The notes below the pieces were generated by a model. The model was not told the DNA's origin, did no database searches, and saw nothing but the letters and a program-made list of their open reading frames with translations. A stretch of DNA of 64,000 bases, taken from Oscillospiraceae bacterium (GTDB taxonomy: Bacteria; Bacillota; Clostridia; Oscillospirales; CAG-272). The position numbers and the translations under genes are program-made. The stretch covers positions 3,357 to 67,356 of the forward strand of contig SVSV01000001.1 of assembly GCA_015064125.1 (NCBI GenBank), read 5' to 3'. Of the stretch, positions 1 through 7,930 are shown in pieces; position 1 is the first letter of the stretch, and each line of letters begins with the position of its first letter.

Positions 1-207
1 GACGAGTTTTTGGATATTGCCCAAAACAAGCCCGGCTATATCAAGGCCATGTGGTGCGGCGACGTTACCTGCGAGGAGGCGCTCAAAGAAAAGACCGGGG
101 GCGTAAAATCCCGCTGTATCCCCTTCACCAAGGAGAAGCTCTCCGACAAGTGCGTTTGCTGTGGCAAGCCTGCCAAGCACATGGTTGTCTGGGGCAGACA
201 ATATTAA
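1..207 (+). CDS. proS: prolyl-tRNA synthetase, C-terminal end (5' part lies outside the window)
   Basis: Frame 1 is open from the window edge. The tail ...[28 protein letters not shown]...[18 protein letters not shown] looks like the Cys-rich C-terminus of the archaeal/eukaryote-like class II ProRS. A hairpin terminator follows. Confidence 0.8.
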   Translation, partial: DEFLDIAQNKPGYIKAMWCGDVTCEEALKEKTGGVKSRCIPFTKEKLSDKCVCCGKPAKHMVVWGRQY

Positions 208-215
208 GGTATATC

Positions 216-249
216 AAAAGCTCCGCGGCGCTGCCGCGGAGCTTTTTTG
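216..249. terminator. rho-independent terminator after proS, lying between convergent genes
   Basis: GCTCCGCGG (220-228) pairs with CCGCGGAGC (234-242) across a short loop, followed by TTTTTT (243-248) and preceded by AAAA. Confidence 0.8.
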
Positions 250-288
250 TATATTAGCGTGTGTACGAATTGCAAATGCACACTTTTT

Positions 289-1566
289 TTATTTATCAAG
301 GTAGTAACCGATCGTGTAGGGCTCCTCGCTCTTAGGCTGCAGGCGATACAGTGCCATATGTCCCGGATACAGATTACCGATAATTTTATTGGTCGGATCG
401 TCAAAAACCAGACGTTGCTCGCCATCCTCGTCGCTCACGCGATACACACGGCAAGGCTCCTTCATCTTCAACGCATAAGAAACGATATTTCTGTAATCAC
501 GATTGGCGACCATCAAATAGCGATTACCGTAGTCATCCGACATTTCGGAAATCGAAATACGCTGTGGCAGGGTGCCGACAAGCAATTCACTTTCCTCCAT
601 GGTGGCAAAGATAACCTTTTCCTTGTAAGGTGTGATGTTACCGCCATGGATCACGCGCTCACATTTCAGTGCCATCAAGGTATTGCCAAGAGCTGCAATA
701 CGGCGATTCAGGTCCCTGTGCTCCTCAAAATAAATACCTCTGTCGCCCGTCTCGGGATCCAGCACACCATCACACTCGATATAGCAGGAAAGCTCCTTGA
801 CACCGTAAAGCAATGCGGTATTTGCCATCATGCGCGACGCTGTAAAGGTATAGTGATCAAGACAAGGATTATAGAGCAGCTCATGACCCTGATAGACAAA
901 CCAATAGGGAGCTCCGATCTCGTTTGCCATCTGGCGCGCGACCTCCATGTTCGTCCAGTACTTACTGCAACCGTCCATTTGTGTTTCGGGTGTCATGCCG
1001 TCGCCAACCCAACCGCCAAAGGGATATTGGTCAAAAGAAAGCTGCGCGGGATCCACCTCATTTGCCAAGTCGTCACTCTGTGAGGCGGTGGTCACCGTAT
1101 AGGGCAACAAATCAGGACGCTCCTGCTCGGCAGCATCGATCATTTTACGCACGGTTGCTCTTTGCTCGGGGGTGATGGGCTCATCATACATATAGTAACC
1201 CGTAATGCATTTATAGCCTGCGGTATCACGCATGGCACCGATCAGATCGTTATGCTCGTTCAACGGCTCTTTGCTGAATCCCATTCCACCAAAGCGACGC
1301 AGATCCTGATACAGCACGTTGGTGCCGATCTCCTCTGCGGTGCGTAGGATCTCCATGCCAACATCATGACTCGTCCAGCACATCTCCATCAGATTGAAGC
1401 CGGCATCTACGGCGACTTTTACCGAGCGATGTGCCTTCTCACATTGCAGCTCACCCACCTTTTCCAAACCCATTGGGCCGGGAATCACCGAAAGGATAAA
1501 CTGCTCCTGTCTCCACTTTCTGCGCGGATTGCCGAGGGGATATCGCGCCAACATCTTCTTTTGCAT
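289..1566 (-). CDS. hypothetical protein, possibly a glycoside-hydrolase-like (TIM-barrel) enzyme
   Basis: Long ORF. I moved the start to ATG 1566, which has AGGAGG 6 nt upstream. I cannot name a family with certainty. The function guess rests on context (sugar-locus remnants next door) and general sequence character only. Confidence 0.6.
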   Translation of the reverse strand: MQKKMLARYPLGNPRRKWRQEQFILSVIPGPMGLEKVGELQCEKAHRSVKVAVDAGFNLMEMCWTSHDVGMEILRTAEEIGTNVLYQDLRRFGGMGFSKEPLNEHNDLIGAMRDTAGYKCITGYYMYDEPITPEQRATVRKMIDAAEQERPDLLPYTVTTASQSDDLANEVDPAQLSFDQYPFGGWVGDGMTPETQMDGCSKYWTNMEVARQMANEIGAPYWFVYQGHELLYNPCLDHYTFTASRMMANTALLYGVKELSCYIECDGVLDPETGDRGIYFEEHRDLNRRIAALGNTLMALKCERVIHGGNITPYKEKVIFATMEESELLVGTLPQRISISEMSDDYGNRYLMVANRDYRNIVSYALKMKEPCRVYRVSDEDGEQRLVFDDPTNKIIGNLYPGHMALYRLQPKSEEPYTIGYYLDK

Positions 1567-1630
1567 GTGAAACCTCCTGCATTTCAATGAGATTGAATTA
1601 ATTATAGCACCGCGTGCGATAAAATGCTAT

Positions 1631-1667
1631 TGCTTTTCTTCAGAAAAATTTTCTGTTTTGAAAAGCA
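1631..1667. promoter_or_regulatory. nested AT-rich inverted repeat upstream of the 289-1566 gene (operator or hairpin)
   Basis: TGCTTTTC-tt-CAGAAAA-a-TTTTCTG-tttt-GAAAAGCA. The outer inverted repeat is 8 bp and the inner one 7 bp. It lies just upstream of a TGcTATAAT extended -10 on the minus strand (-10 at 1606-1601). Confidence 0.4.
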
Positions 1668-1684
1668 TCGGCTTTACAGAAAAA

Positions 1685-1726
1685 CAATGCACTCCCTGTG
1701 CCGCAAGCGGCACAGGGAGTGCATTG
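1685..1726 (-). terminator. strong rho-independent terminator downstream of the oxidoreductase remnant
   Basis: A 20-bp perfect inverted repeat, CAATGCACTCCCTGTGCCGC/GCGGCACAGGGAGTGCATTG. On the minus strand it is followed by TTTTT. Confidence 0.8.
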
Positions 1727-1735
1727 TAAGGTACT

Positions 1736-2527
1736 TTAAAGCGATTGCTCGTAGCACGCAACGTCGACTACGGTACTCGTGTGACGTGCCTGCTCAGCGG
1801 CAAAAACTGCAATATGATTACGAGCGGATACCATCGCGGAGCACACCGAAACGCTGCTCTCATTATTACCCACCAAGCGGCAGAAGGAGCTGATAATGCC
1901 ACCGTCACCGCCACCGTGACCTCCGATAATGCTCTCATCGGCTACAAGATCCTTTACAAGAACAGTTTTGTGTTGCTTGGTCGCAAAATCATACACCGTA
2001 ATTTCTGCCGAATCCATGCTGGCCGTCAGATCGCCCTTGGTGCCCATCACACGAATGGAGCGGCCACCCTTATTAAAGGCACTCATCGTAAAGACTGCGT
2101 AAACGCCGCCTTCAAACTCCATATTTACAGTCTGATGGTCTACCACGTCATTGTCGCAAGCATATACGCAACGCCCGTAATCGGTCTCACGCAATGCCTT
2201 TTCCACCAGCTCGTCGCAGGGGTTTTCCGGCATACCCGTTGCTGCACAGCGCAACCACGCTTTCTTTTTATCATCCAGATACAGCTTTACGGCGTTGTAA
2301 TAGCAGGTCTCACCGTGCGGGCAGCCTTCAATGCAGCGTCCGGGTGCCCCTTCGGGACGGTTGGCTGCGCAAAAATGCGAAAGCGTACCAAAGGATTGCA
2401 CACGCGTAAAGGGCTTGTCCACCAGCCACTGTAAAATATCGAAATCGTGACAGGACTTGGCCAGCAGCATAGGCGTGCTCTTGGCCTCTACGTGCCAGTT
2501 ACCGCGCCCTACACATGCGACGTGCAC
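1736..2527 (-). pseudogene. Gfo/Idh/MocA-family oxidoreductase, C-terminal two-thirds only (5'-truncated)
   Basis: The ORF carries the C-terminal alpha/beta domain (..LLAKSCHDFDILQWL.., GGHGGGD). It has no N-terminal Rossmann domain. The first 'M' is a GTG with no RBS. Similarity ends around 2500. Confidence 0.65.
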
Positions 2528-2547
2528 GCACGTGGCTCTTACAGGGC

Positions 2548-2658
2548 AAAAGCGTCAAGGAGACCGCCGCCGCACTGGGATTTCAGGACCAGAATTACTT
2601 CAGCACAGCCTACAAACGCCATTTCGGCACCGCACCGTCGCAGGCACTGACAAAATAG
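2548..2658 (+). pseudogene. AraC-family regulator, last ~37 codons only (second HTH helix region)
   Basis: Frame-1 translation is KSVKETAAALGFQDQNYFSTAYKRHFGTAPSQALTK*, the canonical AraC/XylS C-terminal signature (GF.d..yFs..Fk..fG.tPs). No upstream sensing domain is present. It was below the ORF-track size cutoff. Confidence 0.6.
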
Positions 2659-2766
2659 TCAATTTCTCACGCAGACGGTCATATTGAAAAAAAGACTCGC
2701 GTATACTGTAACAGAATACGGCAGCCGCACAAGCCACGACGTGGCATGCGACGAAAGGAGTCATGT

Positions 2767-3246
2767 ATGTTTATTTGCACAATGCGCGCAGGCACGGTGC
2801 GATTTTTCGGCGTGGTGTGTCTCGCGCTCGCCACCCTCATTGCACTGATCACGTTCGTGCCCGAATTACAACCCGTGGCCGCCGAGCCGAGCGGTGAGAC
2901 CGTTACCGTCAGCTTTGAAAAGGTAAAAAGCAACGATGACCGCATCGCCTTTTTAAAGCAATTCGGTTGGGAGGTCACACCCGAGCCAACAGAGGCAACG
3001 ACCGTTACCATTCCTGCCGAATTTGATAAGATCTTTGCCGCCTATAACGAATTGCAAAAGCAGCAAGGGCTTGACCTCTCGAGCTACAGCAACCGCACCG
3101 TGGAGCGATACACCTATACGGTAACGAATTATCCGGATTATGCGGGAACCGTGCAGGCAAACCTGCTGATTTTCCGCGGGCGCGTCATCGGCGGAGACAT
3201 TTCCAGTGCTGATGCGAATGGATTTATTCACGGCTTTGGCAATTAA
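2767..3246 (+). CDS. DUF4830 domain-containing protein with N-terminal signal/anchor
   Basis: ATG 2767 has GGAG 6 nt upstream. An N-terminal hydrophobic segment is present. FLKQFGWEV...IPAEFDKIFAAYNELQKQQGLDLS...GGDIS matches the DUF4830 pattern as I remember it. Confidence 0.7.
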   Translation: MFICTMRAGTVRFFGVVCLALATLIALITFVPELQPVAAEPSGETVTVSFEKVKSNDDRIAFLKQFGWEVTPEPTEATTVTIPAEFDKIFAAYNELQKQQGLDLSSYSNRTVERYTYTVTNYPDYAGTVQANLLIFRGRVIGGDISSADANGFIHGFGN

Positions 3247-3252
3247 TACACA

Positions 3253-3296
3253 CCCCCATAACGTGCAAACTCGGCACGTTATGGGGGGTTTTCCCT
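3253..3296 (+). terminator. rho-independent terminator after the DUF4830 gene
   Basis: CCCCATAACGTGC (3254-3266) pairs with GCACGTTATGGGG (3274-3286), followed by GGTTTTCCCTTTT. Confidence 0.8.
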
Positions 3297-3439
3297 TTTC
3301 GCCTTTACAAAAGCGCTTTTTGAATCCGTTTTTAGGATTTACGGCTGTCTAAAACGCCAAAATCAGCATAAAAACCGCCAAAACTATATATGTTTTGGTA
3401 CTAAATTGCAAAAAAATTGATATTTTTTACAAAAACCTC

Positions 3440-3468
3440 TTCCATTTTTAAAATACATATGTTATAAT
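3440..3468 (+). promoter_or_regulatory. candidate promoter of the repeat-protein gene (extended -10)
   Basis: TGtTATAAT at 3460-3468. The -35 is weak (TTCCAT, 3440-3445) with a 17-nt spacer. About 100 nt of 5' UTR lies before ATG 3575. Confidence 0.4.
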
Positions 3469-3574
3469 AAATTAACTAAATTGAATAAGAAGCCGCCAAA
3501 CGGTCCTTGATATCGCGCCCACCGTCCGGTTTTGACATTCAAAAGTTAATTTCTACATTTCGGAGGATTACCTG

Positions 3575-5401
3575 ATGAAAAAAATTCTCGTATGTCTGCT
3601 TACCGTTTGTATGATGCTTACCGTTCTTACGGTATGTGCATCTGCCGCTGACCCCGTCGCTGAGGTTACCGTAGGCACTGAAGCATTCACCTACGACAGC
3701 ATCACCGATGCTTTCAATAAAGCCGCGGCAAGTGAAAATGCAACGTTAAAGCTGCTCAAGACCGTTGAATTAAATCAAGATAAGCTTGAGATCGGCGGCA
3801 CCTACACCATTGATCTGAACGGCTTTGACCTGCATTTGTACGCACCCTTAAAAGCATCTACCGGCACCCTCACCTTGAAAAACAGCAAGACCACCGGTGC
3901 TGTGGTAGCCGATAATTGCACAGGCCTTATCCTTCACGGCGCGACGCTGAAGCTCGATGCAGTTGCCATTTCCGCAAAAGACAAATTTGCCGTGCGTAAC
4001 GATGGCACAGGTAACGTATATATCTCCGGCAACTGCCAGATCGCTTACGGTATTTACGCGGCATATGCCGGCACGGTACACGGCAACAACGGCGCTACCG
4101 AAAGCCCCACCGCATATTCGGGCCAAAACGCCATTACCGTATATTGCGGTTGGAACGTAAGCAAGGATGCCCCCGCAGTAGTAAACGCCCCCGAGGGCAA
4201 ATTTGTGGCAAAGGGCTTTAACGGCAACACCTATGTGACCCATTTCGAGAACGGCACCCTTGGCTTTGCTAAGATCGCCTACGGCAGCTGGATCGTTACC
4301 GGCATTCTCTTTGCCGCTGCAGCCGCTCTGCTGGTCGTCACCATCGTGCGCACCGTTAATTTCAAGAAGCGCATGAAGCACTACGCCATTCTCCCCATTC
4401 TTCCCGTCATCGGTTATATGACTGATAAACAGTTTATCGTATTTGCGATCGCCGCCGTCCTTTTTGTTGGCGCGCTGGTCTACTTCCTGGTGTCCTTGTT
4501 CTCCCAGAAGAAGAAAGAAGCTGCCGCAAAGGCCGCCAAGCTTGAAGCAAAGAAGAAGCCTGCACCCGTTGTTGAGAAAGCCCCCGTTGTTGAAGAGGCT
4601 CCCGTTGTTGAGGAGGCACCCGTCGTTGAGGAGACGCCCGTTGTTGAGGAGGCACCCGTCGTTGAGGAAGCTCCCGTTGTTGAGGAAGCTCCCGTTGTTG
4701 AAGAGGCACCCGTCGTTGAGGAGACTCCCGTTGTTGAGGAGGCACCCGTCGTTGAAGAAGCCCCCGTTGTTGAAGAGGCTCCCGTTGTTGAGGAGGCTCC
4801 CGTCGTTGAAGAAGCCCCCGTTGTTGAAGAGGCTCCCGTTGTTGAAGAGGCTCCCGGCACGATCGTCAACACCACCGTTGAGGATAGCTCCGGCACCGAC
4901 AGCATGGTGATCGCTGAGACCGACGCCTCCGGAAACGTTGTATATTCCACCTACAAGAAGTCCTTCACCGCACGTATGATCCAGGCTCCCGCTGACGTGC
5001 AGGAGCGCTATGAGACCCTGAAAAACGCCCTCCTTTCCTACAAGAAGGTGAATGCCCGCGTAAGCTGGAGCTACGAGTCCTTTAAATCGGGGCGCACGCA
5101 GCTGGCTAAATTTGCGATCCGCGGCAAGACTCTTTGCCTGTTCCTGGCGATTGACCCTGCAACCCTTGAGGAATCCAAGTACAACATCACCGACGTCAGC
5201 TCCGCCAAGAAATACGAAACGGTTCCCTGCCGCCTGCGCCTGACCTCCAAGCGTAGTGTGAAGTGGGGCCTTGAGCTGATCGAGATGCTCGCCGCCAAGA
5301 CAGAGCTTGTAAAGAACCCCAAATTTGAGGCAGAGAAATACTTTGCCGAGTTCCAGTCCACTGAGGACCTGATCGCCCAGGGGCTGATCAAAAAGATCTG
5401 A
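3575..5401 (+). CDS. membrane-anchored repeat protein: signal peptide, beta-helix-like ectodomain, TM helices, APVVEE repeat linker, conserved C-terminal domain of unknown function
   Basis: RBS is GGAGG. The signal peptide is [27 protein letters not shown]. The Gly/Thr/Asn-rich N-domain (..[11 protein letters not shown]..) resembles Firmicute surface beta-helix domains. Hydrophobic helices lie around residues 238-258 and 285-307. These are followed by a Lys-rich stretch, 16 x APVVEE, and a C-terminal ~150-aa domain (KSFTARMIQ...[13 protein letters not shown]...[11 protein letters not shown]). Confidence 0.8.
   Translation: MKKILVCLLTVCMMLTVLTVCASAADPVAEVTVGTEAFTYDSITDAFNKAAASENATLKLLKTVELNQDKLEIGGTYTIDLNGFDLHLYAPLKASTGTLTLKNSKTTGAVVADNCTGLILHGATLKLDAVAISAKDKFAVRNDGTGNVYISGNCQIAYGIYAAYAGTVHGNNGATESPTAYSGQNAITVYCGWNVSKDAPAVVNAPEGKFVAKGFNGNTYVTHFENGTLGFAKIAYGSWIVTGILFAAAAALLVVTIVRTVNFKKRMKHYAILPILPVIGYMTDKQFIVFAIAAVLFVGALVYFLVSLFSQKKKEAAAKAAKLEAKKKPAPVVEKAPVVEEAPVVEEAPVVEETPVVEEAPVVEEAPVVEEAPVVEEAPVVEETPVVEEAPVVEEAPVVEEAPVVEEAPVVEEAPVVEEAPVVEEAPGTIVNTTVEDSSGTDSMVIAETDASGNVVYSTYKKSFTARMIQAPADVQERYETLKNALLSYKKVNARVSWSYESFKSGRTQLAKFAIRGKTLCLFLAIDPATLEESKYNITDVSSAKKYETVPCRLRLTSKRSVKWGLELIEMLAAKTELVKNPKFEAEKYFAEFQSTEDLIAQGLIKKI
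4562..4849 (+). repeat. 16 tandem 18-bp in-frame repeats (APVVEE; two TPVVEE and one APVVEK variant)
   Basis: I counted the units on the DNA: GC[ACT]CCCGT[CT]GTTGA[AG]GA[AG] x16. Higher-order periodicity is visible: units 4-8 resemble units 9-13 (90 bp), and units 11-13 resemble units 14-16 (54 bp). Confidence 0.95.
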
Positions 5402-5413
5402 TCTTCCCACCAG

Positions 5414-5450
5414 AAAGGGACTCCGCATGATGCGGAGCCCCTTTCTTATT
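5414..5450. terminator. bidirectional terminator between convergent genes
   Basis: AAAGGGACTCCGCA-tga-TGCGGAGCCCCTTT with one mismatch. It is T-rich on both flanks. Confidence 0.75.
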
Positions 5451-5451
5451 T

Positions 5452-5895
5452 TCACAAATATTTCTTTAACGCCTCTACGTTTTGTGCTTCAAAGAGGATC
5501 AGCTCACGTGCCAAGCGCGCTCCCTCTCCCTTTCCCTTTTCCATATGATTCAGAAGAAAGGTCATCTCGGTAATGCAGGCGTTTGAGCCTTCGATCAGCG
5601 TTTTAGCAAGCTCAGTACGCGTAATACCAAGCATGCCGCGCCATGCCGCACCCATTTTGGCAACCAAGCGCTCACCCAATGCATCCTTTACTACAGCGCC
5701 CTCCCCTTCAAGCGAAGCGCGTGCAATGGCGGCATATTTTTCATAGCCGTCAAGCTGCAGGGTCATCGCACTCCGTAAATTACTCTCTCTTACATATGGC
5801 AATAAATTGATAATACCGTCCACACCCATTTTAACGTTTTTATATATTGCCTCCAAAGCCAAAGCCTCACTTATTGTTTTCACTGTGCCCTGCAT
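5452..5895 (-). CDS. hypothetical all-helical protein (family not recognised)
   Basis: ORF 5452-5916. I prefer ATG 5895 (MQGTVKT...) because AAGGA lies 7 nt upstream. There is no TM segment and no motif I can name. Confidence 0.55.
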   Translation of the reverse strand: MQGTVKTISEALALEAIYKNVKMGVDGIINLLPYVRESNLRSAMTLQLDGYEKYAAIARASLEGEGAVVKDALGERLVAKMGAAWRGMLGITRTELAKTLIEGSNACITEMTFLLNHMEKGKGEGARLARELILFEAQNVEALKKYL

Positions 5896-6000
5896 AACCT
5901 CATCCTTCCCACTCATACAAAATGAAGATCTCCCTATATTTCAATATAAAATACGGGATATGCCTATTATTGGCATATCCCGTGTTGTTTATACGGTTGA

Positions 6001-6969
6001 TCACAAATTGCGGCGGAAGCGCACATCCTGACCAACGAAAATATAAGGCTTATATTCGCAAAGCAAGCGGCTCGCAATGCGGTCGGCATAGCGCTCCTTG
6101 ATCTCCTTACCCTTAAGATTCGTGCTGATAATAGTGGGACGCTTCAAATTGATGCGGTTGTTTAAAACCGTGTAAAGGCAGGCGTTCACAAACTGATTGG
6201 AAACCTCCGTGCCGAGGTCGTCCAGGATCAAAAGATCACAGTCAATGTAACGGTTCGGCTCAGCGGCCGCACGCTCAGTACCCGTGCCGAAGCGAGCGTG
6301 CTCAAAATCCGAGAACATACCGATCGCGCCGGTATAATATACATCATAGCCGCGCTCGATAACACGCCGCGCGATCGCCGTTGAAAGATGCGTTTTGCCA
6401 AGACCCGTGGGACCGACCAGCAAAAGGCTTTCCGACTCCATCGTAAACTGCTCGGCATAATTCTGCAGCTGATCGAAATTAGATTGCATACGAGAACGGT
6501 CGCCGTTTTCCGCATTATAAAACGAAAGGTCAAAGCTTTCAAAGGATTGTGTGCGCATCAAAGCACCAAGTCCTGAGACTTCATAGGCGGCCATCACCAG
6601 CTCACGGCGCATACAGTCGCACATTTTGGTATCGATGAATCCCGAATCCTTACACTTTGGGCACTCATAAGGCGGCAGCGTGTAATCGGCAGGATATCCA
6701 AGATCTGCCAAGAGAGCGGCACGCTTTGCCTGCAAGGTCATATTTTTGGCCTCTGCGGCGGCCAGCTTTTCGCGGTATCCTTCACCCGTGCCGATCACGG
6801 CCAGCGCGATCTCTGCGCCTGTCAAGCGCAGCTCGCGGTCGATCGCGTCGATCTCAGGCGATCTTGCGTGCACCTCGGCCATACGCTCATTGGCAATTTC
6901 ATAGGCACGCAAATACTTCGTGCGATAGGCCTCGCGAATGCGCTTATAATTTTCCCGGTTATATCCCAT
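6001..6969 (-). CDS. DnaC/DnaI-like AAA+ helicase loader (IstB-like ATPase)
   Basis: Contains Walker A GPTGLGKTHL, Walker B LLILDDLG, and an N-terminal Cys cluster CPKCKDSGF..CDC. It starts 1 nt after the dnaD-like stop codon. Confidence 0.8.
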   Translation of the reverse strand: MGYNRENYKRIREAYRTKYLRAYEIANERMAEVHARSPEIDAIDRELRLTGAEIALAVIGTGEGYREKLAAAEAKNMTLQAKRAALLADLGYPADYTLPPYECPKCKDSGFIDTKMCDCMRRELVMAAYEVSGLGALMRTQSFESFDLSFYNAENGDRSRMQSNFDQLQNYAEQFTMESESLLLVGPTGLGKTHLSTAIARRVIERGYDVYYTGAIGMFSDFEHARFGTGTERAAAEPNRYIDCDLLILDDLGTEVSNQFVNACLYTVLNNRINLKRPTIISTNLKGKEIKERYADRIASRLLCEYKPYIFVGQDVRFRRNL

Positions 6970-6970
6970 A

Positions 6971-7930
6971 TCAAATCTCTCCGTATGTTTTCTTTAGCAT
7001 TGCCTGGAAGACCTCATCGGCATCAAAGCTGCTATCGCCCTGCTTACGGCGACGGTATTCCTCCATCGCACGCGTGACATCCTCAACGGTGCGATAGCCC
7101 GCTGCATACCATCTTTCAAGGATGGTATTGGCATAAGACAGGGCAGGCTTTCCCGTCGCGTTCACGGTGGCCTCGTAGGCAAGACCGATCACGTCCATCC
7201 CGTACTGCATGCCGCACACCCATTTTTCAACCATACCGCGCTCCTTAGCGGTAAAGGCGCGTGTACCCATACCAAACATCGCACGTATTTTGCCCGTAGC
7301 CGTAGCCATCACCTCTATACGGCGCAGCCGCTCCTCCAGAGCCGGCGCATCGGTGATCCCGTCATCATAAAGCGACAGCGCCACCTTTTCGGCATAGCGC
7401 AGAGATCTTTTTTCCATGCGCACGCAGTGCGAAAGCAGCAATAATATGTAATCGCCCTCAAGTCCAAGATAATCGACAAGCCCTGCAATGATGGCGATCT
7501 CCGCCGTGTTAAAGACCTTACCAAGCGTTTGCTGACACGCGCCGACCAGGGCGCCAAAATCAGCACGTCCCTCGGCGATGCCTGCAAGATCAGCAGCACT
7601 GTACACAGGCAAGCCACGGTCAGGCAAAGGCTTTTTCCCCTCTGCTGCCCGTGCCGCCGCAGTTTGTCTTGTCGCCTGCGTGCTATCGCCTTGCACAAGC
7701 ACGCCCGCACCGCGCCAGAATGCAAGAGCCGCCTGCACCTCACTCACGGCAAGCCCCAGCGCGCCCGCCACCTCATGAGCACCACGCTCGGTATCCTGAC
7801 AAAGGGCAGGATCAGCAGCAAATGCGCACAGCACACGCCAATCCGCAGGAGTGGCTGAGGATGCCGCATCACTTAATACCGTGGCCGGCAGCGTGAGTAC
7901 ACGCTCACCGTATTGAAAACTGCATTTCAT
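6971..7930 (-). CDS. DnaD-domain replication initiation / primosome protein (DnaB/DnaD-like)
   Basis: The C-terminal half has two DnaD-type repeats (..AEIAIIAGLVDYLG..YAEKVALSLYDDGI.. and ..ERGMVEKWV..YANTILERWYAAGYRTVEDV). Its ATG overlaps the rex stop codon as ATGA. Confidence 0.75.
   Translation of the reverse strand: MKCSFQYGERVLTLPATVLSDAASSATPADWRVLCAFAADPALCQDTERGAHEVAGALGLAVSEVQAALAFWRGAGVLVQGDSTQATRQTAAARAAEGKKPLPDRGLPVYSAADLAGIAEGRADFGALVGACQQTLGKVFNTAEIAIIAGLVDYLGLEGDYILLLLSHCVRMEKRSLRYAEKVALSLYDDGITDAPALEERLRRIEVMATATGKIRAMFGMGTRAFTAKERGMVEKWVCGMQYGMDVIGLAYEATVNATGKPALSYANTILERWYAAGYRTVEDVTRAMEEYRRRKQGDSSFDADEVFQAMLKKTYGEI

Noticed and set aside
247-1083. A 278-aa plus-strand ORF and other ORFs antisense to the 289-1566 gene.
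   Set aside because: No RBS is present and the composition is unlike the neighbouring genes. The minus-strand ORF is longer and has a strong AGGAGG-ATG start.
3848-5455. A 535-aa minus-strand ORF, plus alternative-frame ORFs across the APVVEE repeat (4434-4745, 4443-4910, 4480-4950).
   Set aside because: They are antisense or out of frame relative to the 3575-5401 gene, which has a signal peptide, an RBS and a coherent domain structure. Their sequences are only repeat read-through (NNGS.., PLLRR.., STTGAS..).
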